From positions 510,001 to 542,000 of the forward strand of contig NZ_CP107255.1 of NCBI RefSeq assembly GCF_029232205.1: a stretch of DNA of 32,000 bases, given 5' to 3'. Of the stretch, positions 9,735 to 17,959 are shown in pieces (position 1 is the first letter of the stretch; each line of letters starts with the position of its first letter). Under the pieces are notes generated by a model. That model did not search any database, was not told the DNA's origin, and worked only from the letters and a program-made list of their open reading frames with translations. This stretch comes from Candidatus Saccharimonadota bacterium (GTDB taxonomy: Archaea > Nanohalarchaeota > Nanosalinia > Nanosalinales > Nanosalinaceae). Both the position numbers and the translations under genes were made by a program.

Positions 9735-9947
9735 CTAATATAGTTTTTTTACCAGGCTTGTAAGCCTGAATACTGTATCTGTGCACCCTCTTAGAGGGCC
9801 GATGCCGTCCGCCTGTACCTCAACAATCAGTGAGTCTTTTTCAGCTTGGAGCTGGTACTGGACTTTTTGATTGCTGGTAAGGCTTTGGGCAAGTATCTGT
9901 TTGTGTTCTGAAGGCCGTTCTGTGTCTATTTCTATCGTTGATTTCAT
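9735..9947 (-). CDS. pcc1: KEOPS complex subunit Pcc1-like
   Basis: 70 aa. LIVEVQADGIGPLRGCTDTVFRLTSLV matches the Pcc1 pattern (..A.D..ALR...NS.LR). ATGA overlap with the rpoP stop. Confidence 0.55.
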   Translation of the reverse strand: MKSTIEIDTERPSEHKQILAQSLTSNQKVQYQLQAEKDSLIVEVQADGIGPLRGCTDTVFRLTSLVKKLY

Positions 9948-10084
9948 ACTGCTTCGACACGGTCGGTGTCTTCAGGCCTCATCTTGAGGAGTACGCGGTG
10001 CGAGCATTTTGGACAGATTACTTTCTCGTTTACTGGGTCGATGTCTACTTCTTCCTCGCATTTTACGCATTTGTATGCGGTCAT
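9944..10084 (-). CDS. rpoP: DNA-directed RNA polymerase subunit P (Rpb12 homolog)
   Basis: Hand translation gives MTAYKCVKCEEEVDIDPVNEKVICPKCSHRVLLKMRPEDTDRVEAV. This has a CxxC..CxxC zinc ribbon plus RVLLK.RP, with ATGA overlaps on both sides. Too short (46 codons) for the supplied ORF track. Confidence 0.8.
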   Translation of the reverse strand: MTAYKCVKCEEEVDIDPVNEKVICPKCSHRVLLKMRPEDTDRVEAV

Positions 10085-10341
10085 TCTTCGATCTCCTCTT
10101 TGGCTTCTTCGAGTTCTTCGATTCCGCCTTCGAGTTCGAGTGCTTTGTTAAGCATTTCTTTTCCGCCTGTATCTTTGCGGTATGCGCCGCCTGCGACAAT
10201 TTCTCCTGTTTCTTTGTCTTTCCAAATTCCTGCGGCTACTCTTTCGTAGTCTTCTTCTCCTTTCTCGGCCTCGTCTACGTTTTTGCGAATTCTGTTTCCG
10301 TAACGAGATCCGAATCTTTTGGATGATCTGTTTTCAGCCAT
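10081..10341 (-). CDS. rpl37ae: Ribosomal protein eL43 (L37Ae), cysteine-free variant
   Basis: KRFGSRYGNRIRKNV..GIW..IVAGGAYRKDTGGKE matches the eL43 core. All four zinc-ribbon Cys are absent. Acidic C-terminal tail. Confidence 0.75.
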   Translation of the reverse strand: MAENRSSKRFGSRYGNRIRKNVDEAEKGEEDYERVAAGIWKDKETGEIVAGGAYRKDTGGKEMLNKALELEGGIEELEEAKEEIEE

Positions 10342-10442
10342 TGTTTATCACTTTGAATAAAAGATAAAATGTGAGAAAAGCTTTTTATTCTCCTGTTGGA
10401 GAAGTAGGCTTTTCCCACTTTGAAGAGGGTTGATTTTCCTCT

Positions 10443-11228
10443 TCAGTTGCAAGCTTCTTCTAGAAGCTCGCGGATTTCTTCGGTTTTTTCTTCAGCCTTG
10501 TCGATTGTTTCTCTGATTTCCTGTTGACTGTAAGGCTGTCTTTCTCCTTTCTGCATTGCGACTACGTTTCCATCTTTCTTGATGGATACTGTTAGTCGTG
10601 CGTCAAGGGCTTCTTCTTCATCTCTGGTTGTGTCCCAGAGTAGTTTGTCCTCGATCTTGCGGCCTGTTACTGTAACTGGCTCGTACTGTAGTGGGACGTC
10701 CATTGCCTTTTCGTCTCTCTTCAGACCTTCCTCTTCGTCGTATACAGGGATGAATCCTGTTTTGAGTGCTGCCATTGCTCCAAGGCTTGATGCGTCGATC
10801 AGGTTGCCGTCGTCGTTGAGTACGTGGACGTCGATGAAGAGTGTGTAGACTTTCTCTCCTTCTTCAATACAGAGTTCTTCTAGGTCTACTGCTTCTGCTT
10901 CTCTGATTCCACGGTCTACTACTCTTGCAAGCTCGACTCCTGGTTCCTGTGGTGGGCCTGATTCGTATTCGCGTGCTGCCATTGGGGCTAGCTCTGCGTT
11001 GGTTACGATGGTTCCCTGGTCAGGTCTGTCGTCGTAAGGATCTTCTACGTCGACTGATAGGCCTACAAGTACCTGGGTGTTTCCTATTGTTACTTTTGCT
11101 GATCCTTCAGCTGTTTCGCGTACCCAGTTGGTTTCGATTTCTATGTCTCTGTATTCTTCGAGGCCTCTGCCGTCGAGTCTTTCTTCGTCTTCAATGATCT
11201 TTCTGATTGTCTTCTGGTTGATCTTCAT
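10443..11228 (-). CDS. rrp42: Exosome complex component Rrp42 (RNase PH-like)
   Basis: RNase PH fold signature GSAKVTIGNTQVLVG and position after rrp41. A one-nt TAATG overlap joins it to rrp41. Confidence 0.8.
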   Translation of the reverse strand: MKINQKTIRKIIEDEERLDGRGLEEYRDIEIETNWVRETAEGSAKVTIGNTQVLVGLSVDVEDPYDDRPDQGTIVTNAELAPMAAREYESGPPQEPGVELARVVDRGIREAEAVDLEELCIEEGEKVYTLFIDVHVLNDDGNLIDASSLGAMAALKTGFIPVYDEEEGLKRDEKAMDVPLQYEPVTVTGRKIEDKLLWDTTRDEEEALDARLTVSIKKDGNVVAMQKGERQPYSQQEIRETIDKAEEKTEEIRELLEEACN

Positions 11229-11980
11229 TATTGTTCACCTCTGATTGATTCGTAGGTTTCTAGGATGGCCTGTTTCTGTTCCTCGTAGAGGTCTCTGCAG
11301 CCTTTTTTGGCTAGTGAGATGCATTCGTCGACCTGTTCTTTTGTGAGGTCTCCGTCCATCTGTAGGAGTGTGATTTCCTGTGATTCTTCTTCGTCTTCGT
11401 AGTTGATGACTGCGATCGGGATGTCTGCGTTTCCTTCCTTGTCTTCTTTCCCGTTGACGTCGAGTACTGGTGTGTCGTCTACTACTCCTGATGCCATTGC
11501 TGATACCATTCCTTTCATTGGGATTCCTGCGTCTGCTAGTGCAAGGCTTGCTGCTGTGATTCCTGTTACTCTTGTTCCTCCGTCAGATTCGAGGATTTCC
11601 ATTGAGATGTCGATTCCTGCTTTTGGGAATCTTTCCAGTTCAAGTACTGGTTCAAGTGCTCTTTTGGCTACCAGGCCGATTTCTTTGGCTCTTCTGTTTG
11701 GTCCTGGCCTCATTCTGTCGTCTACGCTGAATGGTGCCATGTTGTACCGCATCTTGATTACTGCACGATCTGATTCCTGAAGGTGTTTTGGGTGTAGGTC
11801 CTGTGGGCCGAATACGGATGCGACTACTCGTGTGTTTCCACATTCTACCATTGCGCTTCCGTCGGCTTCGTCGAGTACTCCGATTTCCATTGTTGTTTCT
11901 CTGTACTCGTCTTTTTCTCTTCCGTCTACACGTTTTCCTTCTTCGTCAAACCATTCAATGTCTTCCTTTGATGCTGTCAT
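11228..11980 (-). CDS. rrp41: Exosome complex exonuclease Rrp41 (RNase PH-like)
   Basis: DGSAMVECGNTRVVASVFGP, RPGPNRRAKEI and SDGGTRVTGITAASLALADAGIPM. Confidence 0.85.
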   Translation of the reverse strand: MTASKEDIEWFDEEGKRVDGREKDEYRETTMEIGVLDEADGSAMVECGNTRVVASVFGPQDLHPKHLQESDRAVIKMRYNMAPFSVDDRMRPGPNRRAKEIGLVAKRALEPVLELERFPKAGIDISMEILESDGGTRVTGITAASLALADAGIPMKGMVSAMASGVVDDTPVLDVNGKEDKEGNADIPIAVINYEDEEESQEITLLQMDGDLTKEQVDECISLAKKGCRDLYEEQKQAILETYESIRGEQ

Positions 11981-12672
11981 TATTGATTCACCTTCTCTAG
12001 TTCTGAGTCAAGCCATTCTGCCATTCTGTCTGTGAGGCCCTGTGTGTGAGCCTCGCGTTCGATCTTCTTGATGGCTCTTGCTGCCAGGTTGGCGTTGTCT
12101 CCTTTGATCCATACCTGTCCGTTCTGGCCTACGATTATGTTGCAGTCTGTTTTGTCGTTGACCTGCTGTACCATTGTACCGCCTTTTCCGATTACTCGTG
12201 GTACTTTGGCTGGTGCGATCTCTATTACTCGGCCACCGTGCAACTTTTTGCATCTGCGGTCTTTCATTGATAGGTCGACGTCCATTGACTCGCTTACTGA
12301 GTCAACTTTGACGACTACTGTGTCTCCTACTGCGTAGAAGTCTGTTAGGTCGTCTTCGTCAAGATCAACGTATTCTTCTGTTGCATCGCTGATTCCAAGT
12401 GTTCCGTCGTACGGCGAGTTCAGGTCAACTGTCCATCTTGAGTAGCTGACTCGAGAAATCTCTCCGATTACTACGTCTCCTTCTTCAGGAATGTATCTTC
12501 CTGACATTGGAACAACTTCTACACCTTGGCCGCTGTAACGTACAACGCCGATGCTTTCTGCATAGATTTTATCGTTTTCTTCATACGTACCCTGGTTTGC
12601 ATAAAGGTTAGAACCTTCAAACACAACATCTCCAGGTACGACTAGATCGTTATCGTCTTTTACACGTGACAT
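11980..12672 (-). CDS. rrp4: Exosome RNA-binding subunit Rrp4 (N-terminal/S1/KH domains)
   Basis: S1-like segment (GDVVIGEISRVSYSRWTVDL) and KH motif VIGKGGTMVQQV. Confidence 0.85.
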   Translation of the reverse strand: MSRVKDDNDLVVPGDVVFEGSNLYANQGTYEENDKIYAESIGVVRYSGQGVEVVPMSGRYIPEEGDVVIGEISRVSYSRWTVDLNSPYDGTLGISDATEEYVDLDEDDLTDFYAVGDTVVVKVDSVSESMDVDLSMKDRRCKKLHGGRVIEIAPAKVPRVIGKGGTMVQQVNDKTDCNIIVGQNGQVWIKGDNANLAARAIKKIEREAHTQGLTDRMAEWLDSELEKVNQ

Positions 12673-12770
12673 AAACTTATTACCTCAATTTATTTTTCGT
12701 TCAACTTTCCACACAAAAAGAATGTGATTTTATAAAAAGAAAAGCTCCGGCAATCTTTAAATACCTGTTT

Positions 12771-13235
12771 CTAATCGAAGAAGGTCTCGATAGAGGCCTC
12801 AGAAAGAGATACAAGCCTGTCAGGGCCTATACTGAAAACGGCCTCTGGAGTACCTGCTGCAGCCCATACAGTATCGTAGTCCAGTAGAGAATCATCGATG
12901 AAAACTTCCATCTCAGAGTTGAGTGGTGGGACTCCTCCGATACTCCATCCGGTAGCTTCTTTGACGGTGTCTGGGGAGGCCATGCCTATATTTTGTGAAG
13001 AAGTTCTCATAGCCAGTTTCTCTGTATCAACGCTGTTTTCTCCACTGCATAGAACAAGGTAGAGGCCTTTTTCTGATTCGAATACCAGGCTTTTGACGAT
13101 CTGCCCTATCTCGCAATTGATGGCGTTTGCTGCGTCTTCCGCTGTCTTTGTTCCTTCTGGGAACTCCTTGATTTCCGGGCTGAAGTCGTATTCTTTCTCT
13201 GCTTTGTCCAGGAATTTTTCTGCTGTTGGGTGCAT
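12771..13235 (-). CDS. YbaK/ProX-type aminoacyl-tRNA deacylase domain protein
   Basis: IVKSLVF (conserved Lys), SIGGVPPL and a size of about 150 aa. Its start abuts the SBDS stop. Confidence 0.65.
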   Translation of the reverse strand: MHPTAEKFLDKAEKEYDFSPEIKEFPEGTKTAEDAANAINCEIGQIVKSLVFESEKGLYLVLCSGENSVDTEKLAMRTSSQNIGMASPDTVKEATGWSIGGVPPLNSEMEVFIDDSLLDYDTVWAAAGTPEAVFSIGPDRLVSLSEASIETFFD

Positions 13236-13916
13236 CTATGCTTCCTCGCTCATCTGTACCTGGCCGCCGGTCATTTCCTGTAGTTCTTCCATTAGTTCTG
13301 TTAGGGCTCCTGCCGGAAGCCTGATCTTGGCCATGAAGTATTCGTTGCCCCATTGTTCCTCTTTCATATCTGCCTTTCTTTTCAGCAAGTCGTAGGCCTT
13401 TCCTGCCTTGTCGTTCGGTATCTTTATTCCGACTGTTTTCTCTTCCAGTGAGACCGGGATGATAGGCCTTATTTTTTCTATGGCCTCGTCAAACTGTTCC
13501 TCTACATCAACCATTGCATCTACATGGAATCCTGCTTCTTCCAGTGCATTTTCTACTCTCTGCGGTGGGTGTGGGTTCCCTGTTTTCGGGTCCATAGCTC
13601 TGCGTGCGATCATGTTGATTATCTGTTTTCTCTTATCTTCCCGCATCTCTTTTTTCTGGTCTGTGGTCAGCTGCATCTCTCCTTTCTGGAATATTTCATC
13701 TGCGGCCTGCATTACCTGACGAGTATCGAAGTCGTTTTCCAGGTCTTCTGCTGACGCTCTTTCTCCTTTGTCGGCGTCCTTGAATACTTCCTGTACGAAT
13801 AGAAGTCTCTGGATTTCATGTTCTTTGCCTTCGAGTTTGGCCTCTTTAGCAAGGTCTGGGTCAACTAGAATTTCGTAATCCTGGTAACGTACTTTGATGG
13901 CGTCAGAAGTATCCAT
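13236..13916 (-). CDS. SBDS-family ribosome maturation protein (Sdo1)
   Basis: N-terminal FYSH-like segment (VRYQDYEILVDPDLA) and a size of 226 aa. Superoperon position between psmA and rrp4. Confidence 0.75.
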   Translation of the reverse strand: MDTSDAIKVRYQDYEILVDPDLAKEAKLEGKEHEIQRLLFVQEVFKDADKGERASAEDLENDFDTRQVMQAADEIFQKGEMQLTTDQKKEMREDKRKQIINMIARRAMDPKTGNPHPPQRVENALEEAGFHVDAMVDVEEQFDEAIEKIRPIIPVSLEEKTVGIKIPNDKAGKAYDLLKRKADMKEEQWGNEYFMAKIRLPAGALTELMEELQEMTGGQVQMSEEA

Positions 13917-13992
13917 AGAAAAGTTAATTGGCTGCTATTCTTAAACAGTTTTTTGAAGAGAAAAATTGATGGAAAAATGAATATGTGGGAGT

Positions 13993-14703
13993 TTACAGCT
14001 CGAAGCCTTCTTCCTCAAGATGGTCTGGAGACATTCTGTTGAACTGGTTCTCTTCGTCGACTGTTCCCATTTCAACGTTCTTCAGTTCAATGTCGTCCTC
14101 TCCTTCCTTGAGTGCTTCAAGAGCTAGTTCAATTGCGTCTTCACGGGAAAGGCCTTCCTCCCAGTTCTCCTGGAGGTATTCTCGGGCTTCGCTGCCACCT
14201 TTTCCGATTGCAATTGCGTTCCACTGGCTTAGCGTTCCGGAAGGATCTGTCTGGTAGACTTCTGCCTTGCCGTCTTTTACTCCGCCTGCGATAGTTGCCA
14301 GTCCGTAAGGCCTTACTCCTCCGTACTGTGTGAACTGCTGGCATCTGTCAGCTACAAACTTTGAGAGGTTGCTGATTGGAATGTCCTCGCTGTAGGTCAT
14401 CAAGTATTTCTGGGCCTCGTTTCTTGCCTCTTCGACAAGTGTGCGGCCGTCTGCTACAAGTCCTGAAGTTGCAACACCGATATGGTCATCGATCTTGAAT
14501 ACTTTCTCAGGATTCCTTACCTGTAGCTCTGGAGTGCTTCTTGTCGCACCCAGTACAACTCCTTCGTCGTAGACGATTCCCAGAGCTGTTGCACCTTTCT
14601 TTACTGCTTCTTTTGCGTATTCAACCTGGAAAAGCCTTCCATCTGGAGAAAAGGTTGTAATTCCACGGTCGTATTGCTGCTGATTCGGATTAGTCATCTG
14701 CAT
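13993..14703 (-). CDS. psmA: Proteasome alpha subunit
   Basis: YDRGITTFSPDGRLFQVEYA signature. A GGTGA Shine-Dalgarno-like element lies 9 nt upstream of the ATG. Confidence 0.9.
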   Translation of the reverse strand: MQMTNPNQQQYDRGITTFSPDGRLFQVEYAKEAVKKGATALGIVYDEGVVLGATRSTPELQVRNPEKVFKIDDHIGVATSGLVADGRTLVEEARNEAQKYLMTYSEDIPISNLSKFVADRCQQFTQYGGVRPYGLATIAGGVKDGKAEVYQTDPSGTLSQWNAIAIGKGGSEAREYLQENWEEGLSREDAIELALEALKEGEDDIELKNVEMGTVDEENQFNRMSPDHLEEEGFEL

Positions 14704-14929
14704 TAATTATTCTCACCTTTAGAACGTTACAACAAACCTATTCCATGGAAGATTTATTAACCTGATCCGAACCTTGAGTGCAATATCGGCCGGTCAAGAA
14801 AGCCTTTTTTAGATTACCACATCAAACACCAATATAACAGGATGAACAGGCCTCCAGAGGCCTCGACTGTAGATACTAAAATCCGATTCCCTGAATCGGT
14901 TTTAATCACTCGAACGAATTTTTTCGTTC

Positions 14930-15058
14930 GGTCCACTAGCTCAGGGGTTAGAGCACCGTCCTTATACGGACCTCATACAGAAAAACGTTGCTAGAGATGG
15001 CCTGTGTGATGGCCTCGAAGAGAGGCGGCGGTCCCGGGTTCGAATCCCGGGTGGACCA
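14930..15058 (+). tRNA. tRNA-Ile, apparent anticodon UAU, with 56-nt intron at 37/38 (14967..15022)
   Basis: Hand-folded cloverleaf. Acceptor GGTCCAC/GTGGACC and D stem GCTC/GAGC. Anticodon stem CCGTC/GGCGG, with loop C-T-TAT-A then the intron then A. T arm CCGGG-TTCGAAT-CCCGG and discriminator A. Confidence 0.7.
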
Positions 15059-17959
15059 TCCAACAACATGTTTGGTTGAATTGATTTTCTCACAGGCCTG
15101 CGAAATAAGCATTACTCCTCAGTCGCTAAGAAAATTCATGGCGGGCTTGGAGAATGTCTATAAGATGATGGAGAGTGTAGAGAGCATCTGAGGATTCTAT
15201 ACTCTGTGGTGTAGAAGTGATCGGTGAAAAGTGAGGATGTTGATGGACAACATACTGAAACTTCCTTTATTCGTTGGTAATCAGTTTCCCATCAGCTTCG
15301 AGCTCGAAATCAAGTCTCTCAAGTCGAGAACCTATTTCATTATCATTGCTATCTTTCAAGCTGTCTTGTGGCCTAATTCTGTTTTCTTCGACATCTATGA
15401 AGTCGGAAAACTCATCTTCCTTGACAGCGAGGATGAACAGTATTTTGGCGAAAAGTTCTGACCGACGTTTGAGGAAGTTTTCATGATTCCAGTATGCGTT
15501 CCAGAACTCATCTTCAGAGCCGGTAGCATCGAGCATATCCTCTGAAAAATCTGGATTCGAACCGGTAAAGTACCAGTTAGTAGGTATGTTTTCAAAGTAG
15601 TCATCTTGGTAATAGTAGTTGATCTTCTTGGAGAACGGCTTATTACCGCTCGCACTATTATCTACATCTTTTAGAAGAATCATGTTAGCCATATCTTCTA
15701 TAAACTCTTTTTTGATGAGCTGATAAGCCTCCGTACCTCTATCAACAGACTCTAGAGTTATATCAGTACTCGCAAAGAAGTTTCTACACCATACTAATGG
15801 ATCATCCGAATCTTCTCTGACGAAAGTCTGAGGTAAGATGTGTTCTAGCTCTGTATTCTTCATCACTATCTCTTCTTGGATCGGCCTACCTGCATTGTTT
15901 TTGTCTAGAAGTTGATCAGAAACCTTCTCTAGTATCAATCTTGCTGCGTTAGAACTAAGATTTGAACTTCCAATTAGGACCTCAACAAAGTCGGTTCCGA
16001 ATAATCCGCTAAGATCATCTTCAGCCTCTTCTAGAAGAACACTCACACTATTTTCCAGGTTTTCGTCCAGTTTATGTGCCGAAACCACGAAAGTGGACTC
16101 GAGAGTATTAGCTCGATATTCTGAAATTGCTAGTCGTAGGAATATCTTTTCGACAGTTTCTAACAAATTCAAGAAGTCTTTTGAACTGTCTTCATCAACA
16201 TGAGAGTATGCTTTTAAAATAAGAGGTCGCCATTGTCTAGTACCTAACTTTCCTAGCCTTCTCAAAATATCTTTTGTATTTTTCTCGTCTAAATTCTCAA
16301 ATTCAGCACTTTCATAGTCAACAAGATCTAGGTAAAGCTCTGCATGTCTTTGAAGATCTTGCAAGAACCTTTTAGCATCATCAATTGACGCTATTTTAGA
16401 ACTAATTTCATGGCTATCTCTATCCTTTAGAGAGAAAGCCTCTAAGATATTATCTTTGTCTATTTCCTCCAGCTTTGATACTCCATCTTCGTATGCGGCT
16501 AAGTAAGTCCTGATAAATCTCCGAATATCCTTATCATCAGTACCGAAGTCTCTTACTATCCGTTCCCATATTCTTACGTACTCATCTTCGTCATCATCCC
16601 TGTAAAACCTATTAACAATTCTAGCTCTGATCAAATCCACAGTAGTAAGTTCTAAGCCTCTATCATTCAAGGATTGAAAGATATTCATTCTTAATTCGGG
16701 CGAAGAATCCGACATTATTTCGACTCTCCCTACGATAAATGAGCGTAGTAGATAATTCTTCAAGTTGATTAACATCTTAGCCTTCTCTGAGTCTGAATTT
16801 GCCTCTAGAAGTCTTTCTGAAATCTTTTCTTGGTAAAATTCGAATCCTTGTAGAAGCCTCTCATTAGATTCGGGATGATATATGTGATCGGGGCTCTCAG
16901 AAGGAACATCTGTCCCTAATCTCTCTGCAAGCTTCTCAACCTTTCTAGAATCTGATTTTCTACCATCAGAACCATTTCTGCTCTTTAGCCACTCATTCTT
17001 CTCGTTTTCGTCACCTATTAGGCAAAGGAATAACTCGTTGTTATGGGCATCGGAATAGGTTATGGCTGGTTCTTTGGAGAGTTGATCATCAGGAATACGG
17101 AAGATCATCCTATCAATCTGGTCAACTGCGTTAGTTCTCATTGTTTCAAGATCGCCATTGACTTCTAGATCCTCTAATTTCTTCTTAATTAGGCTTAGAA
17201 TAAGAAATACAGTAGTTATTCTTTGTTGGCCATCTATTACTTCCAGTCTATCTCCATCTACGTCTGCAATAAATATAGACCCAAAGAATACATCAGTTAG
17301 TTTTGTAGTTGGCTGAACATTTTCCTGAGCAAAGAATACTTCCAGATCCAACATTTCTTCTATCTCATTCCATAAGTCCTTATGCTGTTCTAGTTTCCAA
17401 GAATACAATCTTTGGTAACGTGGAACTAGGAAGTCTTCACCAAGTACTTCGAGTAAAGGTTTCCTTTTGATCTTGAGAGTACTATCTTCATCAAATATAT
17501 CCATTAAATTTCTCTGCGAAACACTCTCCACTTCCGTAGAATCTATTTTGCCTGAATAATCGATCAAAAAATCTCCTATTGATCTTGTTTTGTCTGACGG
17601 CACATCAGAATATTATTGAATAAAGTTAAAATATTTCTGAATGACTGATCTTTAACTGGTTTTGGACCCAGACCTACTCAAGAAACTATCCGCTAAGCTA
17701 GATAACTTAAGGGAATTCTGGTTATAAGCTAAAATGGCATTGTTAGGAAAAGTCAACGTGTGTTATAATATCAACGAAAATCAGCGATAATTACTCTAGG
17801 TAAAAATATACTATATCGTTCTGTCTTCACAGTTCTCTTGAGTATTTTTCTCAGGTGATTAAGCAAATATCATAAAATATCTTAGCAGTTAATGCATGCC
17901 TCTCGACTCTAGAACCAAGAATATCTAATTTTTTATTCTACAAAAATTGAAACTCTGTT
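15059..17959. other. Probable horizontally acquired islet next to tRNA-Ile (single defense gene, no integrase)
   Basis: Visibly more AT-rich than its flanks. No AGGCCT between 15100 and 17978, against a background of about 1 per 400 bp. Long AT-rich non-coding flanks. Confidence 0.5.
15267..17603 (-). CDS. DUF262/DUF1524 fusion nuclease (GmrSD/BrxU-type, putative modification-dependent type IV restriction enzyme)
   Basis: N-terminal DUF262 motifs VPRYQRLYSW, IDGQQRITT and FQSLNDRGLELT. C-terminal DUF1524/His-Me-like motifs ELEHILPQ and NMILLKDVDNSASGNKPF. The annotated start is GTG, so the start is uncertain. Confidence 0.8.
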   Translation of the reverse strand: MPSDKTRSIGDFLIDYSGKIDSTEVESVSQRNLMDIFDEDSTLKIKRKPLLEVLGEDFLVPRYQRLYSWKLEQHKDLWNEIEEMLDLEVFFAQENVQPTTKLTDVFFGSIFIADVDGDRLEVIDGQQRITTVFLILSLIKKKLEDLEVNGDLETMRTNAVDQIDRMIFRIPDDQLSKEPAITYSDAHNNELFLCLIGDENEKNEWLKSRNGSDGRKSDSRKVEKLAERLGTDVPSESPDHIYHPESNERLLQGFEFYQEKISERLLEANSDSEKAKMLINLKNYLLRSFIVGRVEIMSDSSPELRMNIFQSLNDRGLELTTVDLIRARIVNRFYRDDDEDEYVRIWERIVRDFGTDDKDIRRFIRTYLAAYEDGVSKLEEIDKDNILEAFSLKDRDSHEISSKIASIDDAKRFLQDLQRHAELYLDLVDYESAEFENLDEKNTKDILRRLGKLGTRQWRPLILKAYSHVDEDSSKDFLNLLETVEKIFLRLAISEYRANTLESTFVVSAHKLDENLENSVSVLLEEAEDDLSGLFGTDFVEVLIGSSNLSSNAARLILEKVSDQLLDKNNAGRPIQEEIVMKNTELEHILPQTFVREDSDDPLVWCRNFFASTDITLESVDRGTEAYQLIKKEFIEDMANMILLKDVDNSASGNKPFSKKINYYYQDDYFENIPTNWYFTGSNPDFSEDMLDATGSEDEFWNAYWNHENFLKRRSELFAKILFILAVKEDEFSDFIDVEENRIRPQDSLKDSNDNEIGSRLERLDFELEADGKLITNE

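Noticed and set aside
14961-15022. Alternative reading of the tRNA at 14930 as a CAU (Met/Ile2) tRNA using the intron copy CCTCATAC
   Set aside because: It would need two introns, including an 11-nt one. The 3' splice-site helix pairs with CUU(A) of the UAU loop, not with CUC(A).
14988-15191. 67-aa plus-strand ORF
   Set aside because: It starts inside the tRNA-Ile intron and runs through the 3' exon (the peptide reads the T-arm as GGGPGFESRVDH). This is an artefact of the tRNA sequence.
17604-17959. Search for a direct repeat of the tRNA-Ile 3' end (att site) at the far edge of the GmrSD islet
   Set aside because: Only a 6-nt match (TGGACC at about 17664) was found, which is not distinguishable from chance. 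The islet boundaries therefore rest on composition only.
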